Notes: a model not told the origin generated them from the sequence alone. A stretch of DNA of 64,000 nucleotides from an uncultured Pelagibacteraceae bacterium (GCA_902524545.1 CABZDW010000004.1:6988-70987), one strand, 5' to 3'; positions 35,320-45,014 are shown, numbered from the stretch's first letter. A program made the numbers and translations.

Positions 35320-36693
35320 TTAATTAAGATCGAATATCTTGCCAGGATTCATAATATTATTTTGATCAATACTTCTTTTAATTAACTTCATTAAAGGAAT
35401 ATTATCTCCATGCTCCTTTAGAAGATATTCTTTTTTGTGAAGACCCACGCCATGTTCTCCAGTTATTGTTCCGTTTAATTCTAGTGTCTTTTTAATCAAC
35501 AAATCATTAAATTCCCTTATTTTTTTATAAGTTTCTTTTTTTTCAGGATCAAATGGTAACAATACATGAAAATTCCCATCTCCAAGATGACCCACCATTG
35601 GAGCCCTGAGTCCAAATTTTTTTGCTTGCTCCTCAGCATAATTTACGCACTCTGTTATATTTGAAATGGGTAGACACACATCTGTTGAGTAAACTCTTCC
35701 ATTATTTATCAAGGCTTTTACAGAATAGTACACATCCCATCTTGCCCTCCAAAGTTTATTTCTTTCTTCTAAATCTTTAGCCCATTTAAAAGAGCTGCCA
35801 TCATTATCTTTGGAGATTTCCTCCACGATTTTGATATTTTCATTATTGGATAATTCTGTGCCATGAAATTCAAAAAAAAGAGTGGGTGTTTCTTCGACAT
35901 TAGTCAATTTTGAGTAATTTATACTTATGCCCATTTGATCTTTGTTGAGCATTTCAATTCTTGCAATTGGTACACCATATTGAATTACTTGTTGTGCAGT
36001 TTGAACTGCTTTCTCTAAGGATGGGAAATGACAAACAGCAGACATTATACTTTCTGGTATAGGCGAGAGCCTTAATTGAACCTCAGTTATTATCCCTAGT
36101 GTTCCCTCAGAACCTATAAATAAATTCGTTAGATTATAACCTGCTGAAGTTTTTTTTGTTCTTCCGCCTGTATTGATAATATCACCAGTGGGCATAACAA
36201 CTGTAAGACCTGTGATAACAGTTTTCATGGTACCATATTTAACTGCCATTGTTCCTGAGGCTGATGTGGAAGCCATACCACCAATTGCTGCATTCGCGCC
36301 TGGATCGATTGGAAAAAAAACACCATCTTCTCTTAAATATTCATTTAGTTGCTCTTTTGTCACGCAAGCTTGAACTCTACAATCAAAGTCCTCAGCGTTA
36401 ACACTTAAAATTTTGTTCATCTTTTCTAAACAAATAGTTATTCCCTCTTCATTTCCTACAACATTACCCTCTAATGATGTTCCAGTACCAAAGGGCACTA
36501 CAGGAATTTTATGTTCATTACAAAGTCTTAGTATTTGAGAAACCTCTTCATTGGTTTCTGGAAATACTACAGCTTTTGATAAAATTGGATCATATGTATC
36601 TTCACCCCTCGCATAATTTGTTCTAGTAGACACAGAAGTTGAAAATCTTGAATTAAAAATCTTTTTAAGTTCAGTTTGGACTTGATCATTCAT
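35320..36693 (-). CDS. FAD-linked oxidase, D-lactate dehydrogenase/GlcD family
   Basis: PFGTGTSLEG, GSEGTLGIIT, GHLGDGNFH, TGEHGVG, MNPGKI. Confidence 0.9.
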   Translation of the reverse strand: MNDQVQTELKKIFNSRFSTSVSTRTNYARGEDTYDPILSKAVVFPETNEEVSQILRLCNEHKIPVVPFGTGTSLEGNVVGNEEGITICLEKMNKILSVNAEDFDCRVQACVTKEQLNEYLREDGVFFPIDPGANAAIGGMASTSASGTMAVKYGTMKTVITGLTVVMPTGDIINTGGRTKKTSAGYNLTNLFIGSEGTLGIITEVQLRLSPIPESIMSAVCHFPSLEKAVQTAQQVIQYGVPIARIEMLNKDQMGISINYSKLTNVEETPTLFFEFHGTELSNNENIKIVEEISKDNDGSSFKWAKDLEERNKLWRARWDVYYSVKALINNGRVYSTDVCLPISNITECVNYAEEQAKKFGLRAPMVGHLGDGNFHVLLPFDPEKKETYKKIREFNDLLIKKTLELNGTITGEHGVGLHKKEYLLKEHGDNIPLMKLIKRSIDQNNIMNPGKIFDLN

Positions 36694-36732
36694 ATGAGAG
36701 AATATTAATAAAGATTAAGAGAAAAATACAGC

Positions 36733-37899
36733 TTATTTAGTTAGCATTTTCTTTATGTTTTCTAAAGCTTGTGAAATATTATCTCTTGAAGCTGCAAAAC
36801 TAAATCTTACGTAATTTTGGCAGGTTTCACCAAAAGCTGACCCTGGCACTATTGCTACTCCTGCTTCATGCATGGCCTTTCTGGCAAACTCTGCTCCATT
36901 CATCCCTGTTCCAATTACTTTAGGAAATGCGTAGAAAGCTCCACCGGGTAAACTACATTCCACTCCTGGTAAATCATTTAAACCTTTATAAATTATATCT
37001 CTTCTTTGGGTAAATTTTTCCATCATGGCATCAATTGAATCGTCGGGACCATCCAATGCAGCAATACCTGCAAATTGAGCTGCAGCATTAACGCATGAAA
37101 CACTGTTAATTAACAATTTGTTAACATGTTCAACTAAATGTTGTGGCCAGAAACTCCAACCGAGTCTCCATCCAGTCATTGAATAAGCCTTGCTCCATCC
37201 CTCTAACACTATTAATCTTTCTCTTAATTCTGGATAATTAAAAAATGTTGGCATTTCTTTTCCATCAAAAATTTGTCTGCTGTAAATTTCATCACTAAGT
37301 ATTGTTACATGAGGGTGTTTCTTAAGACCATCAGCTAAAACATCAATGTCTTTTCTTTCTACAAAACTTCCAGTTGGATTATTTGGATTAATTAGAATTA
37401 ACAACCGTGTTTTGTCTGTAATTAATGATAATATTTTGTCTGGATCAAATTTTAGATCTTTATTTTCTGTTAAATCATATGGAACTGAAGTTGATCCTGT
37501 ATAATTAATCATTGACTCATAAATTGGAAAAGCAGGTGTTGGATGTATAATTTCTGCTCCTGGTTCACCAAAACACTGAATAGCGTAACTCATTGTTGGT
37601 TTGCCGCCTGGCATGATTAAAATTCTTTCGAAATCGATATCTACATTGTAACGTTTTTTAATCCATCTAGTTACAGCTTGACGACATTCAGGAATACCAT
37701 TAGACATTACATATCCATGGTGTCCATCATCTAAAGCCTTCTTGGCTGCATCAACAACATGTTGAGGAGTTTTAAAATCTGGTTGTCCTAATCCTAAATG
37801 AATCATAGACTTTCCTTGGGCTTCTAATTTTTTTGCCTCCGCAAGGACTGTGAATGCAGACTCTGTGCCTAATCTTTCTAAACTTTTAGCTAATTTCAT
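36733..37899 (-). CDS. PLP-dependent aminotransferase class I/II
   Basis: GQPDF, NPNNPTG, SDEIY, SKAYSMTGWRLG. Confidence 0.92.
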   Translation of the reverse strand: MKLAKSLERLGTESAFTVLAEAKKLEAQGKSMIHLGLGQPDFKTPQHVVDAAKKALDDGHHGYVMSNGIPECRQAVTRWIKKRYNVDIDFERILIMPGGKPTMSYAIQCFGEPGAEIIHPTPAFPIYESMINYTGSTSVPYDLTENKDLKFDPDKILSLITDKTRLLILINPNNPTGSFVERKDIDVLADGLKKHPHVTILSDEIYSRQIFDGKEMPTFFNYPELRERLIVLEGWSKAYSMTGWRLGWSFWPQHLVEHVNKLLINSVSCVNAAAQFAGIAALDGPDDSIDAMMEKFTQRRDIIYKGLNDLPGVECSLPGGAFYAFPKVIGTGMNGAEFARKAMHEAGVAIVPGSAFGETCQNYVRFSFAASRDNISQALENIKKMLTK

Positions 37900-37909
37900 A
37901 ATTTATACT

Positions 37910-39061
37910 CTATTTTCTATAGATTAATTTTGAACTATTCAACTCTTTTAAATTTTTACAGCCCATCAAAACCATATTTCTATTTATCTCATCGTGCATG
38001 TTTTGAAGTAAATGTTCAACTCCTTGTTGGCCCCCTGCGGCCAAAGAGAACAAGAACATCTTTCCAAAACTACACGCTTTTGCTCCTGCTGCTAAGGCCT
38101 TTAAGACGTGCGTTCCTCTTCTTACGCCTCCATCTAAAATAATTTCCAATTTATCACCTACAGCATCAGAAATTGCCTTTACTTGATCAAATGGTGATCG
38201 TGATCCATCAAGCTGTCTACCTCCATGATTTGAAATCATTATAGCAGTACAACCAATATCAATAGCTCGTTTTGCGTCTTCAATTGACATAACTCCTTTT
38301 AGTGCAAAAGGTCCATTCCACCGTTTGGCACAATACTCTGCATCTTTCCATCCCATTAAAGGGTCATATTGCTCATTAATGTATTCAATTACTGATTTTG
38401 CGATATTTGTTCCTTTATCTGTCTTTTTTTTAACGTTTGAGAGTTCAAATTTTTTTCCAGTTAAATAATTAAATACCCAGCTTGGCCTCATTGCGAAGCT
38501 TATCAAGCTTTGAAGGGTAAGTTTTGGTGGCGTTGTAAACCCTGTTCTATGATCCTTTTCTCTATTGCCTGCAACCAAAGTATCAACTGTAAGGCACATA
38601 GCGTCAAACCCAGATCTTCTAGATCTATCAATCAGGTCGTCGGTTATTGATTGATCTTTATGAACATAAAGTTGAAATAATTTTGGACCGCTAGAAATAT
38701 TAGATATCTCTTCAATTGAGTTATTACTCATAGATGACATACTGTAAAATATTCCAAATTTTTCTGCTGCTCTTGCTGAAGCTTTATCACCGTCAACATG
38801 ATAAAGTCTTTGCATTGCAGCTGGAGAAAGAAAAATTGGCATATCTATTTTTCTTCCAAACAAAGTTGTTGATAAGTCGGGTTTACCAACTTTGGCCAGA
38901 ACGTTCGGCACTAAATCACACTCATTAAATGAATCTGTATTTCTTTTAAGAGTAGACTCATCGTCTGATCCCCCATCTATGTAATGAAAAATTGGTGCTG
39001 GAAGTTTTTTTTTTGCTAATTTTCTAAAATCATCAAAGTTATAGCAATTCTTTAAACTCAC
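37910..39061 (-). CDS. FMN-dependent alpha-hydroxy acid oxidase/dehydrogenase (LldD family), paralog 2
   Basis: FQLY, LTVD, GNRE, LKG, SNHGGRQLDG, DGGVRRG; GTG start overlaps the paralog 1 stop. Confidence 0.92.
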   Translation of the reverse strand: MSLKNCYNFDDFRKLAKKKLPAPIFHYIDGGSDDESTLKRNTDSFNECDLVPNVLAKVGKPDLSTTLFGRKIDMPIFLSPAAMQRLYHVDGDKASARAAEKFGIFYSMSSMSNNSIEEISNISSGPKLFQLYVHKDQSITDDLIDRSRRSGFDAMCLTVDTLVAGNREKDHRTGFTTPPKLTLQSLISFAMRPSWVFNYLTGKKFELSNVKKKTDKGTNIAKSVIEYINEQYDPLMGWKDAEYCAKRWNGPFALKGVMSIEDAKRAIDIGCTAIMISNHGGRQLDGSRSPFDQVKAISDAVGDKLEIILDGGVRRGTHVLKALAAGAKACSFGKMFLFSLAAGGQQGVEHLLQNMHDEINRNMVLMGCKNLKELNSSKLIYRK

Positions 39062-40212
39062 TATTTTCTAAATCTTAAATTACTTCTATTCAAATCACTT
39101 ATCTTGGTGCACCCCATAAGTTTCATATCACGAACTAATTCAGCTTTATATTTTTCTAAAGCTCTTTCGACACCTGCTTGACCTCCAGCTGCTAAAGCAT
39201 AAAGATATAATCTTCCCCCTGAACAAGCCTTAGCACCTAATGATAATGCTTTAAGCATATGTGTGCCTCTATGAATTCCACCTTCGCAAATCACGTCTAA
39301 TTTATCACCAACTGCATCAACAATTTCTGCAAGTTGATCAAAAGGCGCTCTAGATCCATCTAACTGTCTTCCGCCATGATTAGATACCATTATACCTGTG
39401 CATCCTATGTCTGCTGCTCTTTTTGCATCCTCTACACTCATAACTCCTTTGAGAGCGAAATGACCTCCCCATTTAGAACAAAGATTTTCAGCGTCTTTCC
39501 AATTCATAGATTGATCCAACATAGTTGAAAAATAATTTCCGATTGATGAATTAACATCAGTACCTTCTTTAACAAAATCTTGTAAATGAGGTAATTCAAA
39601 CTTACCTTTTGTTAGATAATTAATTCCCCACATCGGTTTAGTAGCAAAACTATATAGACTTGCTAAAGTTAACTTTGGTGGAGAGGTAAACCCTGTTCTC
39701 AAGTCTCTCTCTCTATTTCCTCCAGTAATAGTATCAACTGTTAGAGCCATTACATCAAAATTTGCTGCTTTAGCTCTTTCCAAACAAGAGTCGTTTAAAC
39801 CTCTATCTTTGTGAAAATAAAACTGAAACATTTTAGGGGTATCAATCATTGAAGAAATTTCCTCAACACTCACTGTGGCTAAAGCAGAAACCCCAAACAT
39901 TGTATTAAATTTTTTTGCAGCTTTTCCAACTGCTCTTTCTCCATCGTAATGAAAAAGTCTCTGTAAAGCTGTTGGTGATAAATAAAAAGGTAAATCTAAT
40001 TTTTTTCCAAATATGGTAGTAGACAAATCAACTTCTTCAACTCCTCGCAAAACATTGGGAACTAAATCCACATCATCGAATGCACTAGTATTCCTAGCAT
40101 ATGTAACTTCATCATCTGCTGCACCATCAATGTAATGAAAGATAGGTGATGGAAGTTTTTTTTGAGCTAATTTTCTAAAGTCACTAAAATTATGGCAATC
40201 ATTTAAATTCAT
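39061..40212 (-). CDS. FMN-dependent alpha-hydroxy acid oxidase/dehydrogenase (LldD family), paralog 1
   Basis: FQFY, LTVD, GNRE, LKG, SNHGGRQLDG, EGGIHRG. Confidence 0.92.
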   Translation of the reverse strand: MNLNDCHNFSDFRKLAQKKLPSPIFHYIDGAADDEVTYARNTSAFDDVDLVPNVLRGVEEVDLSTTIFGKKLDLPFYLSPTALQRLFHYDGERAVGKAAKKFNTMFGVSALATVSVEEISSMIDTPKMFQFYFHKDRGLNDSCLERAKAANFDVMALTVDTITGGNRERDLRTGFTSPPKLTLASLYSFATKPMWGINYLTKGKFELPHLQDFVKEGTDVNSSIGNYFSTMLDQSMNWKDAENLCSKWGGHFALKGVMSVEDAKRAADIGCTGIMVSNHGGRQLDGSRAPFDQLAEIVDAVGDKLDVICEGGIHRGTHMLKALSLGAKACSGGRLYLYALAAGGQAGVERALEKYKAELVRDMKLMGCTKISDLNRSNLRFRK

Positions 40213-40220
40213 AATTTTTC

Positions 40221-40730
40221 TTAAAACTTTTTGAGTAAATTAAACATATAACTATTTGCCCCAGGATTTTTATCTCCTAAACTAGCGTTAGACACATGGT
40301 TATATGATACGGCAAAATTTGTTGTGTCTGTAGTTTTATATGAAAGCTGTAATTCAGACTTAAATTCAAGAACATGTCCAAGATCCTTTCCATCGCCCTC
40401 ATGGTAAAGTCCAGGAGTAAAGCTTGGAGTGAAAAAAAATGGGCCCATGTCCATATTCCATTCTACACCTGTGTAAACATATGCTGCAGAATTTTCTGTT
40501 ATAAAACCTCCTGTTACGGGTGAAATATTCCCTAAAAATGTATTTCTTTTTAAATTTTCATTTTGGTGCTGGAAACCAAGCAATGTTGCTTTTTGTTTGT
40601 TATCACTAAAATCAAAATTCCCTAAGTATAGATTAAATTGATGGTTGTCATCATCAATATCAGTATCTCCAATTAATTTTGAAGGTAAAGTTAAAATTAA
40701 TAAAACTAAAAAAATTCTTTTTAAACTCAT
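40221..40730 (-). CDS. Lipid A 3-O-deacylase (PagL-like) outer-membrane beta-barrel
   Basis: Signal peptide, DLG..LEF, catalytic HVSNA...NPG, terminal Phe. Confidence 0.8.
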   Translation of the reverse strand: MSLKRIFLVLLILTLPSKLIGDTDIDDDNHQFNLYLGNFDFSDNKQKATLLGFQHQNENLKRNTFLGNISPVTGGFITENSAAYVYTGVEWNMDMGPFFFTPSFTPGLYHEGDGKDLGHVLEFKSELQLSYKTTDTTNFAVSYNHVSNASLGDKNPGANSYMFNLLKKF

Positions 40731-40745
40731 TGTACCTAATTAAGA

Positions 40746-41108
40746 TTATTTTTTTTTATAAAACCTTTTAATGATTATTGCACCACCCGCTAAGAATATC
40801 AAGATAGGCAATAACCATAAAAAATAGGTATTTCTGCTAAAAACTGGATCATACAATATCCATTCTCCATATTTCATTTTTAGAAAACTATATATTTGTT
40901 CCTCACTCAAACCTTGTTGTATTTTATTTTTAATAACTATCTTTAGACTTATCGCAAATTCTGAATCTGAGTCATACACTGACTGACCTTGACAAATTAA
41001 GCATCTCAAATTTTTTGTTATTTTATTTTCAGTCTTAATTTCATCTGCCTTTAAGAAGTTAAAATTTAAAATTATAGCTACAATCAAAAATATATGAATA
41101 AATTTCAT
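40746..41108 (-). CDS. ccmH: Cytochrome c maturation protein CcmH
   Basis: LRCLICQGQS, YGEWILYDP, C-terminal TM. Confidence 0.92.
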   Translation of the reverse strand: MKFIHIFLIVAIILNFNFLKADEIKTENKITKNLRCLICQGQSVYDSDSEFAISLKIVIKNKIQQGLSEEQIYSFLKMKYGEWILYDPVFSRNTYFLWLLPILIFLAGGAIIIKRFYKKK

Positions 41109-41623
41109 TTAATTATTTTTTGAATTTCTAATAAATCTTCATTATTTATTGGTCCAATAAATCTTTTTATAATTTTATTTTGATATACTAAAAAACTTTC
41201 TGGCACACCATAAGCACCCCACTCAATTGATGTTGTGCCATCTTTATCTGATACAATTATATCGTAAGGATTTCCCAAATCTTTTAAAAAACTTGAGGCA
41301 TTTGTAAAGTTATCTTTATAATTAAATCCTATTAATTCTATTCTATCATCTTTTTTTAATTCCATTAAAAATTTATGTTCCTCCTTGCAGGGGATACACC
41401 ATGATGCCCAAATGTTCATAAAATAATAATCCTTATCTTTAAAAATTTTTTCTGAGATGACAATAGAATCATTCTCAAAAGATTTTAACTCGAATGATGG
41501 AACTTCCTTTTTTAGATTTGTGTCTGGAGCATAAATATTTGAATTTTTTAAACCTTTGAAAAAAATTACAAAAGTAATTAAAAAAATTAATATTAAAATT
41601 AGTGGAATAAATTTAGATTTCAT
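41105..41623 (-). CDS. ccmG: Thiol:disulfide oxidoreductase CcmG/DsbE
   Basis: WASWCIPC, LGNPY, YGVPE. Confidence 0.92.
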   Translation of the reverse strand: MKSKFIPLILILIFLITFVIFFKGLKNSNIYAPDTNLKKEVPSFELKSFENDSIVISEKIFKDKDYYFMNIWASWCIPCKEEHKFLMELKKDDRIELIGFNYKDNFTNASSFLKDLGNPYDIIVSDKDGTTSIEWGAYGVPESFLVYQNKIIKRFIGPINNEDLLEIQKIIK

Positions 41624-43490
41624 ATCTTTTTTTAAACAAACTTAAAAAGCCACCAAAACTTATTAATATTACTGAAATCCAGATCCAAATCATAAAAGGT
41701 TTTACTTGATATCTAATATTGAAGTATTCCTGGTTCTGAACATAATTCATAGTCATAAATTTATCTGTGAGTAAGTTAGTTTTAATGTCAGCTTCACTCG
41801 TAATTATGTTTGGTTGATTATATATTCTTAACTCAGGGTTCAGAATATCTAACGATCCATCCAAATTTTGCACATTAAATTTTCCTATGATTGCTTTAAA
41901 GTTTTTTTCATCTTCTTGCTCAATGTTTTCAAAATTTATTGTAAATTTTTCAGTTTTAAATGTTTCACCAATTTTTAGATTGGTAATTACCTCATTAGAA
42001 AAAATGTTATTAAACAAAATACTTAAAATTAACAAGCTAAAACCAAAATGGGCAATATTCTGAGATAAATTCTTAAATCTTTTGACAAAAAATTCTCTCG
42101 AAGTAGAGAAAAATAAATAAAAGGCAGAAGTGATTAAAATCGTATTAATCAAGAAGCTTATATCAAATTGTTTAATTATTAATGCTGATAACAAAAAAGA
42201 TATTATTAAAAATATGATCATGTAAAACTTATCTTTTAAATCTGATTTAACCCAATTTAGATTTGGTCCAATTGCCATAGCAAGTAAAAATGGAATTAAG
42301 AAAGGTAATATAAGTTTATTATAAAAAGGTGGTCCAACAGATATTTTATTTGCAGTTATAACCTCTAAAAATATTGGATAAATTGTTCCTATCAAAACAA
42401 CTGATAAAAAATACATCATAAACCAATTATTAACTAAAATAGCTGTTTCTTTGCTAAGCCAAAAAAAATTATTTTCTATTTTTTCTCTCTCTGAATGAAA
42501 AAAGATGAAAATGAAAATAGATAAAAAAATAAGTGTAAAAAGAAAAATTAAAATAAATAGACCTCTCTCTGGATCATTCGCGAATGTATGAACTGAGTTT
42601 AAAATTCCAGATCTAACTAAAAAAGTACCACTCATACTTAGAGCAAAAGTTGCTATTGAAAGTATCATGGCCCATGAAGTTAATATTTTCTTCTTCTCTA
42701 AAACTAGCACACAGTGAAGTAGAGTTGTTAACGCAAACCATGGCATTAAAGATACATTTTCAACTGGGTCCCAAAACCAAAAACCTCCCCAACCTAATTC
42801 GTAATATGCCCAAATAGATCCAAGCAAAATTCCTAGGGTAAGAAAAACCCAAGATACTAAAACCCATCGTTTAATATGTTTTGCCCACTCTTTTGAAACA
42901 TATGATGTGACCATAGCAGCAAGAGCAGATGAGAATATTATCGAAGAACCTACATAACCTAAATATAAAATTGGTGGATGAATTGCTAAAGCAGGATCTT
43001 GTAAAATTGGGTTCAAACCTAAACCCTCATTTGGTTTAGGAAAAATATAATTAAATGGACTTGAGGTTTTGATCAAAAAAACAAAAAAGCCAATAATTAT
43101 TATTTGTTGAAATAACAAAGTAAAAATTCTGTATTTTTTTGGCTGTTGATTTGATTTAAGTAAAAAAATTGAAATAAACAAAGTTAATACTAATAACCAT
43201 AACAATAAACTGCCTTCATGATTACCCCAAGTTCCTGAGATTTTATAAAATAATGGTTTGGTCGTATGTGAGTGGTTAAAAACAGTTTCATTACTAAAAT
43301 CTGAGTTAACAAAGGATATGACCAATCCAAGGAAACTTACGACTACAAAAAAAAATTGAATAAATGTAAAAGATATTATTTTTTTATCTAAAATTTCATA
43401 ATCTCTTAAATTTCTGACAGAAAAAAAAATAATAAAAATTGAAAAAAAAAGTCCAAAACCTAATGAATAAGAACCTATTAAACTCGCCAA
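41613..43490 (-). CDS. ccmF: Heme lyase CcmF
   Basis: WGNHEGSLLLW, HPPILYLGY, WAYYELGWGGFWFWDPVEN, SVHTFA. Confidence 0.96.
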   Translation of the reverse strand: MASLIGSYSLGFGLFFSIFIIFFSVRNLRDYEILDKKIISFTFIQFFFVVVSFLGLVISFVNSDFSNETVFNHSHTTKPLFYKISGTWGNHEGSLLLWLLVLTLFISIFLLKSNQQPKKYRIFTLLFQQIIIIGFFVFLIKTSSPFNYIFPKPNEGLGLNPILQDPALAIHPPILYLGYVGSSIIFSSALAAMVTSYVSKEWAKHIKRWVLVSWVFLTLGILLGSIWAYYELGWGGFWFWDPVENVSLMPWFALTTLLHCVLVLEKKKILTSWAMILSIATFALSMSGTFLVRSGILNSVHTFANDPERGLFILIFLFTLIFLSIFIFIFFHSEREKIENNFFWLSKETAILVNNWFMMYFLSVVLIGTIYPIFLEVITANKISVGPPFYNKLILPFLIPFLLAMAIGPNLNWVKSDLKDKFYMIIFLIISFLLSALIIKQFDISFLINTILITSAFYLFFSTSREFFVKRFKNLSQNIAHFGFSLLILSILFNNIFSNEVITNLKIGETFKTEKFTINFENIEQEDEKNFKAIIGKFNVQNLDGSLDILNPELRIYNQPNIITSEADIKTNLLTDKFMTMNYVQNQEYFNIRYQVKPFMIWIWISVILISFGGFLSLFKKRYEI

Positions 43491-43492
43491 AA

Positions 43493-43912
43493 TTATTTCT
43501 CCTCTAATGCAGCCTTAACTTCTGGTGGCATATAATTTTCATCATGTTTAGCTAAAATTTTTGTGGCTAAAAAAAAATTTTTATCTTTTAAATATCCCTC
43601 AGCAACAACACCCTTCTCTTCAGTAAAAAGATTAGGCACAACTCCAGAATAAATAACATTTATCTCATTTTTAAAATCTGTTACAATAAATTTTATTTCT
43701 TTTGAAATTATAGTTATAGAGTCCTTTTTAACCATCCCACCTATTCTAATTTTTTTTTTACTAATTTCACTCAAAGTTTTAATTTCTGTTGGAGACTTAA
43801 AAAAAATTACGTTTTCCTCTAAAGACTTAATTAACAAAAAAATTGATAACGCTAAAGTTGCAAATATTAATAATATGAAGAAAAATCTTAATTTAACTTT
43901 TCGCCCATACAT
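43493..43912 (-). CDS. ccmE: Heme chaperone CcmE
   Basis: [17 protein letters not shown]. Confidence 0.95.
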   Translation of the reverse strand: MYGRKVKLRFFFILLIFATLALSIFLLIKSLEENVIFFKSPTEIKTLSEISKKKIRIGGMVKKDSITIISKEIKFIVTDFKNEINVIYSGVVPNLFTEEKGVVAEGYLKDKNFFLATKILAKHDENYMPPEVKAALEEK

Positions 43913-43922
43913 TTTTCAAAAG

Positions 43923-44150
43923 TTAAATGTTTGAAGTGTTTGACAAAATTTCTTTATTTATACTTTGAGATTTTGCAAAAACTGCCTTCTCAGAATTTAA
44001 AGATCCAAATTTTGCTATAAATTTATTTTTTTCTTTATTGTATTGAATTTTAATAATTAAAAAAAGTGTCAAAAAACTAATTAGAGTAAATGAAAATGCC
44101 GACCAAACATAAATTCCATACCCATTCATTAAAAATAAATTTTCTATCAT
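43923..44150 (-). CDS. ccmD: Heme exporter protein CcmD
   Basis: MNGYGIYVWSAF then a TM helix; between ccmC and ccmE. Confidence 0.88.
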   Translation of the reverse strand: MIENLFLMNGYGIYVWSAFSFTLISFLTLFLIIKIQYNKEKNKFIAKFGSLNSEKAVFAKSQSINKEILSNTSNI

Positions 44151-44854
44151 AATCTATCTAGCCCTTTGTTTTTAATTTTTATCAGTTCTGTGTTATATTT
44201 CATTAAAAAAATCAGTAGAGAAAATAGGGCAAATGCCGCAGTCATTGTCAATAAAGGAAAGAGCATTGATAAATGAATTGAAGACTTCGATAGTATGTTT
44301 ATTGAAGCTGGTTGATGCAATGTATTCCACCAATCAACTGAATATTTAATTATTGGAACATTAATTATTCCCAAAATTGTAATAATCGATGTGACTTTAA
44401 ATACTTTGTCATTATCCTCAAAGATTCTCCATGCAATAAGATACATTAAGTAGAACAATGCCAGTATTAACATTGAAGTTATTCTTGCATCCCAAGCCCA
44501 CCATGTTCCCCAGGTAGGTTTACCCCATATTGAACCAGTGACAAGAGCTATTATATTAAATACTAATCCAGATGGTGCTAAACTTTTTGCAATTAAAAAA
44601 AAATTTCTTATTCTAAAAATGTATCCAATTATAGATAAAAAAGTAATACCAGAAAAAATTCCAAGCGAAATCCAAGCTGCTGGTACATGAACATACATAA
44701 TTCTGACAGAATGACTTTGTTTGTAATCCTCAGGAGATAATATTAATGCTTCAGTTAATCCTATCGAGAGAATGACAATAAATAAAAATAAAACATACTT
44801 AGGGGCTTTCGATGTTATCGAAAAAATTTTATTTGGTTCAAAATATTTAAACAT
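44147..44854 (-). CDS. ccmC: Heme exporter protein CcmC
   Basis: YVHVPAAW, WGKPTWGTWWAWDARIT, WWNTLHQ. Confidence 0.96.
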   Translation of the reverse strand: MFKYFEPNKIFSITSKAPKYVLFLFIVILSIGLTEALILSPEDYKQSHSVRIMYVHVPAAWISLGIFSGITFLSIIGYIFRIRNFFLIAKSLAPSGLVFNIIALVTGSIWGKPTWGTWWAWDARITSMLILALFYLMYLIAWRIFEDNDKVFKVTSIITILGIINVPIIKYSVDWWNTLHQPASINILSKSSIHLSMLFPLLTMTAAFALFSLLIFLMKYNTELIKIKNKGLDRL

Positions 44855-44876
44855 ATATGAGATTATTTTTATTATG

Positions 44877-44947
44877 AAAAAACTGCCTGATCAAGAATGC
44901 TAGAGGGAGATAATAACGAAGGGTAAATAAGTAGCACCCTTGATCAG
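44877..44947 (-). ncRNA. Candidate small RNA: 16-bp hairpin with 29-nt C/U-rich (anti-SD-like) loop and U-tail
   Basis: Minus strand CUGAUCAAGGGUGCUA pairs fully with UAGCAUUCUUGAUCAG (two G-U pairs possible only on this strand). Loop CUUAUUUACCCUUCGUUAUUAUCUCCCUC, then GCAG-UUUUUU; TTGACA at 44979-44974 upstream. Confidence 0.65.
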
Positions 44948-44951
44948 AATT

Positions 44952-44979
44952 AGTCCATATAAGCAAATTGCTGTGTCAA
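44952..44979 (-). promoter_or_regulatory. Candidate sigma70-type promoter for the hairpin RNA or the ccm operon
   Basis: Perfect TTGACA (44979-44974), 16-nt spacer, weak -10 TGGACT; would start transcription near the hairpin 5' end. Confidence 0.35.
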
Positions 44980-45014
44980 AGGTTTGAGCTAAATGTGTTA
45001 AAAAAGTGATTTAT

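Noticed and set aside
44903-44931. Plus-strand SD (GAGGGAG) for a small ORF, or a plain hspQ terminator
   Set aside because: No canonical start follows on the plus strand; a 29-nt loop and a 4-nt gap before the U-run are atypical of a simple terminator, though a dual role is not excluded.
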